DNA from: Candidatus Levyibacteriota bacterium
GTDB lineage: Bacteria > Patescibacteriota > Microgenomatia > Levybacterales > UBA12049
Assembly (NCBI GenBank): GCA_013816255.1
Contig: JACDET010000001.1
Coordinates: 67,968-131,967, forward strand
DNA length: 64,000 nt
Direction of reading: 5' to 3'
Shown here: piece by piece, positions 21,116 to 30,167 of the stretch
How the letters are laid out: the number at the start of each line of letters is the position of its first letter
Position numbering within the stretch: position 1 is the first letter of the stretch
Position numbers and translations under genes: made by a program
Notes under the pieces: generated by a model
Told to the model about the DNA's origin: nothing
Seen by the model: only the letters and a program-made list of their open reading frames with translations
Databases searched by the model: none

Positions 21116-21269
21116 TGACTCAGACTAGATCATTTGACTTTTCGATCAGTTTATTTTTTACAGAGCTTTTTATGGCTATAAATAACCTGACGAATTGATT
21201 TACAATGTAACAAGTAAACTTGTTGATGTCAACCCCGATTTGCGTGAGAAGAACTCATCGGTGAGCACC

Positions 21270-21632
21270 TTAGCTCTTCGTATGATGTTTAACCATAGCG
21301 AGTAAGTCGTCAATATTAAAAGGTTTGAGGAGGAACCCATCTGCGCCTGATTCTTTGGTGATTTTTTCAGTTTCATTGTTTGCAGACATCATGACAAGAG
21401 GAATGTGTTTGGTGTGAGGTTTACCTTTTATATTTTTTGCAATTTCGCCACCATCTTCACCAAATAACCATATATCCAGAAGGATCATATCGGGGAGATG
21501 CATATCCACCGCTTTGTACACGCGTTCGCCTTGATCTGCTGTGATAACTTCGTAGCCCTCATTTTCGAGAATGATTCGTACAACTTCAATAATTGCTTTA
21601 TCGTCTTCAGCTACAAGTACTTTTTTTTTCAT
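21270..21632 (-). CDS. Stand-alone response regulator receiver
   Basis: VAEDD, LLDIWLFGEDG, MSA, KPF; ATG 21632 immediately after the sortase stop. Confidence 0.9.
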   Translation of the reverse strand: MKKKVLVAEDDKAIIEVVRIILENEGYEVITADQGERVYKAVDMHLPDMILLDIWLFGEDGGEIAKNIKGKPHTKHIPLVMMSANNETEKITKESGADGFLLKPFNIDDLLAMVKHHTKS

Positions 21633-21633
21633 T

Positions 21634-22242
21634 TTATATTGTGTCGAGCTCTGAATATACCACCATCCGATCAGAGTAATTCTTTGCTTTTTCATCCCAT
21701 TTTCCCTGGCAGGTTATAAGATTGAGCATGGAGTTGGATGATTCACCAAATACTTCCTGAATTGGAAATGAGTCATATGGGTATTGTTCTACTCTTGTGA
21801 CAGAAAAAGTTAGTTTTTTACCTTTATCGTCAGTTGTTTCAATTTTGTCACCTTTTTTTAACTTTTTAATATCCCAAAAGACCGCTGGAGAACCATCTTC
21901 TTTATCAAAATGTCCCGCAAGTACAGCGTTTCCAGGCTGTCCTGGCCGATATCCAGGATTGAACCAAGATGTATTATCTGCATCTTCCGGCACATCCATT
22001 CTCCCTTTTTCGTCCATTGCTACAGACTCTATTTCTGTCTCAATACCAATACTTGGGATACTGACTGTAGTTGGAATTCCAGGCATAACAACTTCTTTTT
22101 CCTCCTCTTGGGTAATTTCTTGTTCAGACTGGGTAGAAAGAACTTGTTTGTCATTGTCATTTTTGACAAAAGTTGAGGCAGTTGTTCCGATTCCTATCCC
22201 AGCTACAATAATTATTATTATAGTGATAAGTGTTTTAAGCAT
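21634..22242 (-). CDS. Class F sortase
   Basis: N-terminal TM; PG..GNAVLAGH (His), LNLITC (Cys), YSDR (Arg). Confidence 0.9.
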   Translation of the reverse strand: MLKTLITIIIIIVAGIGIGTTASTFVKNDNDKQVLSTQSEQEITQEEEKEVVMPGIPTTVSIPSIGIETEIESVAMDEKGRMDVPEDADNTSWFNPGYRPGQPGNAVLAGHFDKEDGSPAVFWDIKKLKKGDKIETTDDKGKKLTFSVTRVEQYPYDSFPIQEVFGESSNSMLNLITCQGKWDEKAKNYSDRMVVYSELDTI

Positions 22243-22263
22243 AATATTAATTTATTACTTTCG

Positions 22264-22307
22264 ATGGAGCAAGATGTATCAACGATGGTCAACACATCTT
22301 GCTCCAT
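22264..22307. terminator. 14-bp perfect inverted repeat between the peptide gene and the sortase gene
   Basis: ATGGAGCAAGATGT (22264-77) / ACATCTTGCTCCAT (22294-307). Confidence 0.7.
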
Positions 22308-22338
22308 AATTTATTAACAACATATACGTATGAGCGTA

Positions 22339-22518
22339 TTAGTTAGCTGCGTGTCCTGTTGCTGGTGCTTCACTTGGAGTGGTTGCACTAGTTGTTGGTG
22401 TTACAGTTGTTGTTGTGTTGTTTGTTGCTGGTGTTGCTGTTTGCGCGAATGTCATTGTTGCCGCTGCCATTGCTGAAACTGCAAATACACCTGTTGCGAT
22501 TGCTGCTTTTTTGAACAT
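22339..22518 (-). CDS. 59-aa secreted Thr-rich peptide with C-terminal APATG (candidate sortase substrate)
   Basis: SD AAAGGAGGTG; Sec signal MFKKAAIA...TFA; mature 34 aa with 13 Thr; ends APATGHAAN. Confidence 0.8.
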   Translation of the reverse strand: MFKKAAIATGVFAVSAMAAATMTFAQTATPATNNTTTTVTPTTSATTPSEAPATGHAAN

Positions 22519-22903
22519 ATACTCACCTCCTTTCACACTATTGTATTTTACTCTTTTTAATTAAAGTTTTTGAGTAAGAACTTCCAGCTCCTCATTATTG
22601 ATGAGAAACGGTAAAGTTATCCTAACATACTTATTATTTTGTCGTCAACCGCATAGCTATTTTTCTTACATCAGCCTCTACCTAAATCTTTACATTTTCA
22701 TACATTGCTTAAGAAAACTATCGTTCTAAGCGTAAATTCTATACTCTTGCTTATTCCTTACAGGATTTTGGTAGATCTCTTATTGTTAAGCATTATCCTA
22801 ACTGGTGTATAGAAACGAAAATCTAAAATATAAAACTAAAAATTAAAATATTTTAAGTTATCTTTTTTAAATTTTACGTTTTTATTGAAAGGAGGTGATA
22901 GAT

Positions 22904-23089
22904 ATGGCAATTACAACAAGAAAAGGTAAAGGACGCGGATTTGCTTCAATGAGCAAAGACAAGCAACGCGAGATTGCTAGTAAAGGTGGAAGAGCTGCAC
23001 ACAGTAAAGGTACAGCACACAAATGGACTAGTGAAGAAGCTCGTAAAGCAGGACAACTTGGTGGTCGAGCTCGTCAAAAACGAACTTAA
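22904..23089 (+). CDS. KGG-repeat general stress protein (YciG/GsiB-like)
   Basis: RGFASM...REIASKGG...EEARKAGQLGG; SD AAAGGAGGTG. Confidence 0.9.
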   Translation: MAITTRKGKGRGFASMSKDKQREIASKGGRAAHSKGTAHKWTSEEARKAGQLGGRARQKRT

Positions 23090-23194
23090 TGACATCCGGT
23101 ATCTCATCCGGCATTACATGAGAAAGAAAGGAGGCCTGCCTCCCGTAGCCTGTCCCTCAATCAGGAAAATAATAAACTTACTTGAGGTGCGAAA

Positions 23195-23231
23195 CCCTCC
23201 TTCGCAAAAAGCTTCGGAGGGCGAAGGGAGG
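23195..23231. repeat. REP-like hairpin overlapping the SD of the 23244 gene
   Basis: CCCTCCTTCGC...GCGAAGGGAGG. Confidence 0.55.
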
Positions 23232-23243
23232 TGAAACAATTTT

Positions 23244-23495
23244 ATGAATATATTATCATGGTTAATTTTTGGAGTAATAGTTGGAATAGTCGCGAACGCG
23301 ATTGATCCAGCTCCCAATAGAGGAGGCATCTTCGGATCTATTCTTTTGGGAATTGTTGGAGCTTTAGTAGGAGGATTCCTAGCAAATCTTATTTTTGGAA
23401 TCAGCGTCACAGGATTTAACGTAACGTCATTCTTAGTAGCGATCGCAGGATCCTTATTGTTACTCTTTGTTGGCAAAGCTATGCGAAGAGCCTAA
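23244..23495 (+). CDS. GlsB/YeaQ/YmgE family stress-response membrane protein
   Basis: WLIFGVIVG..A...P, ILLGIVGALVGG, AIAGSLLLL. Confidence 0.9.
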   Translation: MNILSWLIFGVIVGIVANAIDPAPNRGGIFGSILLGIVGALVGGFLANLIFGISVTGFNVTSFLVAIAGSLLLLFVGKAMRRA

Positions 23496-23641
23496 AAAAG
23501 AAATTTACATATCTTACTATAGTAAGATATTGGGCGAGAGCAATCCGTAATATTAGATACAACTAATTTTGGATTGCTCCGCTCTACACAAACTTAAAAC
23601 TAAATTTTCATTTTATATTTTTACTGAGAGGAGGTGAAATT

Positions 23642-23947
23642 ATGCAACACATACTACATACAAATAAAGACACGCAAAAAACAGTTAGTCCAGTAGCTGC
23701 TGGCCTAACAGGAATAGTACTAGGAGCAGCGGCGGCCGCAGCTGTAGTACTTTCAGATGAAGAAACCCGTCGCAAAGCTACAAAAAAAACTTTGCAGCTA
23801 AAAGATGATCTACAAAAATGGAGCACAAAAACAATTCATGATATTCAGACACGGGGAGAATCAAGTAAAACGGTAAAAGAAAAATTAGAAGATTCTAATA
23901 TTTCAACAACTATAAAAGAACGGCTTGATGAAACAGATATGAAGTAA
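23642..23947 (+). CDS. YtxH-like small protein
   Basis: Gly/Ala-rich hydrophobic segment followed by a charged helical tail; SD GAGGAGGTG. Confidence 0.6.
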   Translation: MQHILHTNKDTQKTVSPVAAGLTGIVLGAAAAAAVVLSDEETRRKATKKTLQLKDDLQKWSTKTIHDIQTRGESSKTVKEKLEDSNISTTIKERLDETDMK

Positions 23948-23962
23948 AGTTCTAAATGTCTT

Positions 23963-24017
23963 GGGGAATTGGAATTCTTCCGTAATTAAATTTACAAAAA
24001 AGAATTATCAATTCCCC
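23963..24017. terminator. Inverted repeat between convergent genes
   Basis: GGGGAATTG.AATTCTT...AAGAATT..CAATTCCCC. Confidence 0.55.
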
Positions 24018-24048
24018 TTTTCAGTTGGAAAACACACTTAAGAAATTA

Positions 24049-24738
24049 CTAAAGTGAATAGCGGATTTGAGAATCGTTTTGGGGAACAAGTGATATATTT
24101 TTTTCGAAACGTTTAATATTTTTAATAATAAGTAATCTTCCTGAGCGACCTAAATATCCCTCTTTTTCAAGTTTTTTCATTTCAAGAGACGTAGTTTCAC
24201 GGGTAATCCCGACCAAAGTAGCAATATCTCTATGTGTTAAAGGAACATCAATGACGATATCGTTATCTCCGCTTAGTCTCCCAAAACGTTTTGCGCAGAC
24301 TAAAAGTGTTGTAGCAACTTTTATATATGCGTTACTTAATACAAGATATTCCATGCGGCTGAAAACTCCATCAAAACGCACCATAATTCTCGTAGTCAAA
24401 TCATAGAGTACATCTGGTGCTGCGGTCACAAACTTTATAAAGTCTTCTTGTGGAGCCTGCCATAATTCAAGTGGTGTTATTGCTTCTAGATAATATGGAT
24501 TGACTGATTTATTAAAACCGTACGTAAGTGGGAAAAAATCTCCTGGCTTGAGGATTGTCAACGTGAGCTCTTCTCCATCTTCAGTGAGGCGGAAAACTCT
24601 CACATATCCGTTCTTCACATAAAAAACACTTGATGGGGTATCATTGGGGTGGAGAATCATTACCCTCTTTTTATAAAAATGAATTGGCGTATGTTTAAAG
24701 AATGCATCAAGTTGTGAGGATAAGGTTTGATTTATCAT
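24049..24738 (-). CDS. Crp/Fnr family transcriptional regulator
   Basis: cNMP-like beta-roll (GEELTLTILKPGDFF) and HTH LTHRDIATLVGITRETTS. Confidence 0.92.
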   Translation of the reverse strand: MINQTLSSQLDAFFKHTPIHFYKKRVMILHPNDTPSSVFYVKNGYVRVFRLTEDGEELTLTILKPGDFFPLTYGFNKSVNPYYLEAITPLELWQAPQEDFIKFVTAAPDVLYDLTTRIMVRFDGVFSRMEYLVLSNAYIKVATTLLVCAKRFGRLSGDNDIVIDVPLTHRDIATLVGITRETTSLEMKKLEKEGYLGRSGRLLIIKNIKRFEKNISLVPQNDSQIRYSL

Positions 24739-24876
24739 AAAAGTGTTAACTAGATTACAAAATATATAGTACAGCCAAGGATTGATAATAAAATGTGGAT
24801 TATGTAAGAGTTGAATAAGAAAGTCTTATAAAGACTATATAACTTAGTGTAAATTTGGTAAGATTACCATTGTTGA

Positions 24877-26049
24877 ATGAAAAATGACATTTTAGATCAA
24901 ATTAATGAATATGCCCAAGATCTCCATAATGCTAATACTACAAAGAAACTTGAATCAACCATTGTCGATGTAGCGAAAAAATTAAGTGGAGCATTGTATG
25001 GACAATTGTATATTTATAGCAAAGATAGGCTGAAAAAAGTATATAGCTCTGATGTTGCAATTAAAAAGTGTACACTTGTTAAAAGTCCAACATTTAAGAA
25101 ATATCTTTTAAAAAATACTATTTCATATATTTCTCCAAAGCTCCTAAAAGATTGGATTCCTGAACACATACCAACAGATATCCAATCGGCAAATATTATT
25201 CCGCTCTTCACCAAAGATCAATCGGTTGAATTTATTTTACTGTATACGGATCGTTCAGAAGAATTATCTACGGAAGCACAAAAAGCCCTTGCAATTTATA
25301 GTCATATAGCAATTATGGCAATCACAAGAGCACGACTTCAAGACGAATCAAAAAGAGCATTAGAAATAAGAGATCGTTTCATTTCTCTCGCATCGCATGA
25401 ACTACGTACTCCCCTTACTTCGTTACATGGGTATATACAACTTCTTCACGCAAAGATGGCGGATAAAGATACTGTGGAGTCAAGATGGGTTAAAGAATTA
25501 CATGTTGAAAGTATTCGACTTACAACCCTTGTAAAAGAACTCCTCGATGTTAATCGTATTAAGCAAGGTCAATTTGCCTTTGTTTTTAGTGAAGTACCTA
25601 TGCATGAGGTGATTACAAAAGCAATTGATTATCATTACTTGACAAGGGCAGATCATCCTGTAGTTTATCAAAACAAAATGGAAAAAGGTACAAAAATTGT
25701 CGGAGACTTTGATAAACTTGTCGAAATGGTATCAGGACTCTTAGGAAATGCAATTAAATTTTCGAAACCTGAGGATAAAATTACGATTAGCATAAAAACC
25801 AACCAAGGCTCATTATCATTGATTGTCAAAGATACTGGCCGTGGTATTAGTAAAAAAGATTTGACTGCAGTTTTTGATGGATTCTATAAAAGCGCACATT
25901 CAAGTCATTTAGAAGGTATGGGCGTAGGATTACTTTTGGCAAAGCACATTGTTGATAATCACCGCGGCAAGATAAAGATTACGTCAAAAGAAAACAAAGG
26001 AACCAAAGTCGAAGTTATACTCCCAACAATCAAAGCAGAACCGCTCTAG
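24877..26049 (+). CDS. GAF-like sensor histidine kinase (cytoplasmic)
   Basis: SHELRTPLTS, NAIKFS, DTGRG, GMGVGL. Confidence 0.9.
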   Translation: MKNDILDQINEYAQDLHNANTTKKLESTIVDVAKKLSGALYGQLYIYSKDRLKKVYSSDVAIKKCTLVKSPTFKKYLLKNTISYISPKLLKDWIPEHIPTDIQSANIIPLFTKDQSVEFILLYTDRSEELSTEAQKALAIYSHIAIMAITRARLQDESKRALEIRDRFISLASHELRTPLTSLHGYIQLLHAKMADKDTVESRWVKELHVESIRLTTLVKELLDVNRIKQGQFAFVFSEVPMHEVITKAIDYHYLTRADHPVVYQNKMEKGTKIVGDFDKLVEMVSGLLGNAIKFSKPEDKITISIKTNQGSLSLIVKDTGRGISKKDLTAVFDGFYKSAHSSHLEGMGVGLLLAKHIVDNHRGKIKITSKENKGTKVEVILPTIKAEPL

Positions 26050-26159
26050 ATCTCATTGTTCTCAAGTACACATGTTTTGGGAAATAATTTTTTTAGGTCT
26101 CCATACCATTGCCAGAGAATTCATTAAAACTTCGGGGATAAATTTCGTAGAGAACGAGA

Positions 26160-26831
26160 TTATTCTTTGATAACATACCCAAAGCCGCGAACTGAATGCA
26201 GCAGCTTCTTATCGGTATCAGCGTCAACTTTTTTGCGGAGATATCCCATGTATACGTCAACGACACGGGTTTCAACATCACTTGAGTAAAGCCAGATCCT
26301 CGATAGGATCATTTCACGTGTTAAGATACGACCTTTATTGCTCATTAAGTATTGCAGCAACTTAAACTCTTGTGGAGTTAATTGAATCTGGCGATCTTGG
26401 CGACGTACTTCCATCGTTTTGCTATCAAGTTCAAGATCAGCAACTTTGAGAATTGCTTCACTGCTTACTTGCTTTCTGAGGCGTGCTTTAATCCGGGCGA
26501 GAAATTCATCGGCGACGAATGGCTTGGTCATATAATCATCTGCTCCAAGATTTAATCCTTCAACGATATCATTAATTGAATCTTTGGCGGTGAGAATAAT
26601 GATTGGAAGATCTTTATACTTTTTACGTATTTCGCGGGTGACTGCTTCACCAGACATAACGGGTAAACCAAGATCCATTACAACCAAATCAGGCTCAGTT
26701 TTCTTGAAATAATCGAGAGCTGCGATGCCATCTGATACAGTATGGACTGAGTATCCGTTATCTAATAAGAGCTCTTTGAGGTATTTTTGGAGTCCGCGAT
26801 CATCTTCAACAACAAGTATTGTCTGCATCAT
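26160..26831 (-). CDS. OmpR/PhoB-family DNA-binding response regulator (MprA/ArlR-like)
   Basis: VVEDD, MDLGLP, GADDYMTKPF; winged helix VVDVYMGYLRKK...VRGFGY; TATAAT at 26842-47. Confidence 0.93.
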   Translation of the reverse strand: MMQTILVVEDDRGLQKYLKELLLDNGYSVHTVSDGIAALDYFKKTEPDLVVMDLGLPVMSGEAVTREIRKKYKDLPIIILTAKDSINDIVEGLNLGADDYMTKPFVADEFLARIKARLRKQVSSEAILKVADLELDSKTMEVRRQDRQIQLTPQEFKLLQYLMSNKGRILTREMILSRIWLYSSDVETRVVDVYMGYLRKKVDADTDKKLLHSVRGFGYVIKE

Positions 26832-27095
26832 ATTATGTGCCATTATAGCAACTAATGTAAGAAGGCACAACCTATGAAAAATGTATAGTTAGTCATGAAA
26901 TTAATACAGGTGAGTTGATAATTTTCCCAAAGTTTCCTGTAAGCTTTATCATTATTAAAATTTGTAGACTGGCGTCTAATTGAGAAAACGGTTGTTACTA
27001 GTTAGGCCCTGCCTCTATGCTCTACTATAAGACTACATTTATGATTAACTAAATTTAACGATGAGCTTGACCTTGTTACATAATAATGGTATATT

Positions 27096-27254
27096 TCTTA
27101 CAGTTCGTTTACATAATTATTAACTCATCTATACTCATACTCTGCATATTCTTCATATTTATTACATTTCTCACAACAAATTACACATTTCTTACCTATT
27201 TCTGATGCAATTTTTATATGGGTCTTGACTTGTTTATCAAAAGTCGCATATACT
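27096..27254 (+). promoter_or_regulatory. Tandem TCTTAC-like boxes and promoter of the GH18-carboxypeptidase operon
   Basis: TCTTAC 27096/GTTTAC 27107; TCTCAC 27169/AATTAC 27179/TCTTAC 27190; TTGACT-N18-TATACT. Confidence 0.5.
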
Positions 27255-27270
27255 GCCTCTCAGAGTCACT

Positions 27271-28614
27271 ATGAACAACTGCCCTTCCAACAATCAGGAT
27301 TTACAAAAACTAAGTACTACCATTTTGGAAAAAGCCAAAACTATTATTAAGCCCTCAAAAGATAATCTCTGGTCACTTCTTAATTGCACGCTCATTCTTA
27401 TTTGTCTCTTCCTCGCAGTCATTTCAAATAATCAAAATGTTACGAGCATCTCTCAAATCATCTCTCCTCTCGCAAGTGCGACCTCTCCATCACTTGCTCC
27501 ATTACAAGAGGATAAAAAAGGATACCAAGTCTATGGATACGCACCGTATTGGACATTTAATAAACTCGATGATGTCGACTTTAATGTCCTCACAACGTTT
27601 GCATATTTTGGTGTTCCGATCCAAACAGACGGAAGTCTCAACAGGAGCGATAAAGGTTATGAAGTCTTTATGAGTGATAAAGCAACAGAAGTATTTCAAA
27701 AAGCTCACGCAGCTGGGACAAAAGTGAACTTAACTGTTTCTTTGATGGAAAATGATAAGATTCTCACCTTTTTGGACAGTTCTCAAGCGCAAGAAACAGC
27801 TGTGAATGAGATTGTAACTGAAGTCAAAGCCCGTGGTATTGATGGTGTCAGTATTGATATTGAATATGCCGGCAAACCCCATCCAGCATACCGTGCAAAG
27901 TTTACTAATTTTGTGACACAGGTCACAAACCGTATGCACACAGACGTTCCAAACTCCCAAGTGACCGTCGCCGTCTATGCCCTCTCAGCTAAACAACCAC
28001 AACTTTATGACATCGGAGCGTTAGCACAAAATGCTGATTCTATCTTTATGATGGCGTATGATTTTTCAGTCAAAGGTTCGAAGAAGTCTGAACCAACAGC
28101 ACCACTGTATGGTCATAAAGAAGGTAAGTATTACTATGATATAGCAACAGCTGTTGAAGACTTTCTCAAAGTGATGCCATCTGAAAAACTCATTCTTGGA
28201 GTACCATACTATGGCTACAACTATGTCGTATATGAACCACAAGTTAAAAGCGATACCCGACCTGCTGGATCATGGAGAGGCCAGCCAGCCGTCCAAACAT
28301 ATTCACTTGCTCAGGCAAATGTCAATCCAAATATGTCAGGTATCAATGCGTACAAAGAAGGCTGGGACGAGAATGCACAGGTTGGCTGGAAGGCGTACCG
28401 TCTTTCAGAAAGTGATACTTGGAGAATGATCTTTGTTGAAGACGCAAAATCACTCGGCGTAAAGTATGATTTCGCAAAGGCACAAAATCTAGGCGGCATA
28501 GGCATATGGGCGCTCGGATTTGATCACGGACACACTGAACTCTGGACATTACTCCATAACAAATTTGGTGTCAAAAATATCGCTGACAACCGAGGACTCT
28601 TATATAAGGAATAA
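27271..28614 (+). CDS. Membrane-anchored GH18 glycoside hydrolase (chitinase/peptidoglycan glucosaminidase-like)
   Basis: DGVSIDIEY, MMAYDF, KLILGVPYYG, LGGIGIWALG; TM near the N-terminus. Confidence 0.9.
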   Translation: MNNCPSNNQDLQKLSTTILEKAKTIIKPSKDNLWSLLNCTLILICLFLAVISNNQNVTSISQIISPLASATSPSLAPLQEDKKGYQVYGYAPYWTFNKLDDVDFNVLTTFAYFGVPIQTDGSLNRSDKGYEVFMSDKATEVFQKAHAAGTKVNLTVSLMENDKILTFLDSSQAQETAVNEIVTEVKARGIDGVSIDIEYAGKPHPAYRAKFTNFVTQVTNRMHTDVPNSQVTVAVYALSAKQPQLYDIGALAQNADSIFMMAYDFSVKGSKKSEPTAPLYGHKEGKYYYDIATAVEDFLKVMPSEKLILGVPYYGYNYVVYEPQVKSDTRPAGSWRGQPAVQTYSLAQANVNPNMSGINAYKEGWDENAQVGWKAYRLSESDTWRMIFVEDAKSLGVKYDFAKAQNLGGIGIWALGFDHGHTELWTLLHNKFGVKNIADNRGLLYKE

Positions 28615-28616
28615 TT

Positions 28617-29732
28617 ATGAATAACTATAACAATAATCTAAATAACGATATGTTTGAAAACTTGCCAATCACAAGAAAGCAGTTGCGAATCTTTCTCTGC
28701 ACATTTCTCGCTATGTTCATAATGATGAGTCTGCAACATTTGGGTGTGACCGCTCCTGCAAACCCAATAAAACTCATTATGCCAATTCCTGAAAATTCTG
28801 AGCCGCAACAACCAGATATTCTCAAATCAGTGCGACCAATGCTTGAGGAAAAAATAAATACGTTCACATTAAAAAAACCAACTGCCCAAATCATTGCACC
28901 AGCACATGCATCATCTATTATAGATAGTGCAGCTGGTTATGCAGTAGTCGATCTTGATACAGGTGAAATCATTGCAGCAAAAGATGGTAGTCGCCCACTC
29001 CCAATTGCCTCTATTACCAAAGTCATGACAGCAGTGGTTGCGCTTGACTTAGCCAATGCCTCTGAACTCTTTACAGTCAGTCAGCATGCAGCCACTATTG
29101 AACCCACAAAGATTGGTGTTATTCCCGGTCAGCAAATGACGCTTGAAGAATTACTCAATGGAATGATGCTTGTTTCAGGCAATGATACTGCTGAGGTGAT
29201 CCGTGAAGGCATTGATGCTAAATATGGTGAAGGCGTGTTTATTGCAGCAATGAATGAGAAAGCAAAAATCATTGGTCTTACCAATTCGAGCTTTGCAAAT
29301 CCTCAAGGCTTTGATGATCCAAAGAATTATAGCTCTGTTGAAGACTTAGCAATTCTGACACATTATGCACTTGCGCATTATCCTGTCCTTGCTGAGATCG
29401 TCAAAAAAGATTATCACTTTGTCCCAGCCAATGACCATCATAAACAATTTGATATGTTCAATTGGAACGGGCTACTTGGTGTCTATCCACAAGCGCAAGG
29501 AATGAAGATCGGCAATACGGGTGACGCAAAGAAAACGACAATTGTTACATCTACCCGCGGTGGAAAAAGAATGGCAGCAATTGTATTGGGCGCTCCCCGT
29601 ATCATAGAACGTGATCTGTGGGCCGCACAACTCTTGGATCTTGGTTATGAAAGAACTCTGGGTCTGAAGCCAGTAAACGTCACAGAAGAACAATTACGAG
29701 CAAAATATAATACTTGGAAATATTGGAATTAA
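28617..29732 (+). CDS. D-alanyl-D-alanine carboxypeptidase (peptidase S11)
   Basis: SxxK (ASITK), SGN, KIG in place of KTG; N-terminal TM. Confidence 0.9.
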   Translation: MNNYNNNLNNDMFENLPITRKQLRIFLCTFLAMFIMMSLQHLGVTAPANPIKLIMPIPENSEPQQPDILKSVRPMLEEKINTFTLKKPTAQIIAPAHASSIIDSAAGYAVVDLDTGEIIAAKDGSRPLPIASITKVMTAVVALDLANASELFTVSQHAATIEPTKIGVIPGQQMTLEELLNGMMLVSGNDTAEVIREGIDAKYGEGVFIAAMNEKAKIIGLTNSSFANPQGFDDPKNYSSVEDLAILTHYALAHYPVLAEIVKKDYHFVPANDHHKQFDMFNWNGLLGVYPQAQGMKIGNTGDAKKTTIVTSTRGGKRMAAIVLGAPRIIERDLWAAQLLDLGYERTLGLKPVNVTEEQLRAKYNTWKYWN

Positions 29733-29743
29733 GGCTTTATCAG

Positions 29744-29800
29744 TTTTCGGTTGTTCGTCGAACACAGGAATTATCTATTAACCAGACGAACAACCGAAAA
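29744..29800. terminator. 16-bp perfect inverted repeat after the carboxypeptidase gene
   Basis: TTTTCGGTTGTTCGTC (29744-59) / GACGAACAACCGAAAA (29785-800). Confidence 0.7.
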
Positions 29801-29826
29801 TATCATCTTAATAAGAAAGGAGAAGT

Positions 29827-29913
29827 ATGCGAGAAATAATCGAAATTATAATCGGAGCATTAACAGGAAAAAAGCCAGCTGTTCAACCGGTATATGTCCC
29901 AAGTAATAGATAA
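29827..29913 (+). CDS. 28-aa microprotein MREIIEIIIGALTGKKPAVQPVYVPSNR (not in ORF track)
   Basis: SD AAAGGAG 4 nt before ATG; clean ORF. Confidence 0.55.
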   Translation: MREIIEIIIGALTGKKPAVQPVYVPSNR

Positions 29914-29922
29914 CTCATCTAT

Positions 29923-29998
29923 TCTTACCTAGCTCTTACTCTATTCTAATCTAATTATTAACTGGGTATTGACAGAGGAAAAAAAATTAAAGTATAGT
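29923..29998 (+). promoter_or_regulatory. TCTTAC-N5-TCTTAC-N5-TCTAAT boxes plus sigma70 promoter
   Basis: Boxes at 29923, 29934, 29945 (exact 11-bp period); TTGACA 29969-74, N18, TATAGT 29993-98. Confidence 0.7.
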
Positions 29999-30009
29999 AT
30001 ATATAGATC

Positions 30010-30144
30010 ATGTTAAAAGAAATTTTAAATACATTTGAAATAACTCCGGCACAAGTAAGAATTTTCTTGTTTTCTTTCATTGCAGTTAGCGTCATGGTAA
30101 CACTCCAACATCTTGGAGTCAGCTCTCCAATACAGATCTTCTAA
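30010..30144 (+). CDS. 44-aa single-TM microprotein, paralogue of the carboxypeptidase N-terminal anchor (not in ORF track)
   Basis: ITPAQVRIFLFSFIAVSVMVTLQHLGVSSP aligns with ITRKQLRIFLCTFLAMFIMMSLQHLGVTAP of 28617; own promoter. Confidence 0.75.
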   Translation: MLKEILNTFEITPAQVRIFLFSFIAVSVMVTLQHLGVSSPIQIF

Positions 30145-30167
30145 GATAAAGTACTTGCAAAATAACT

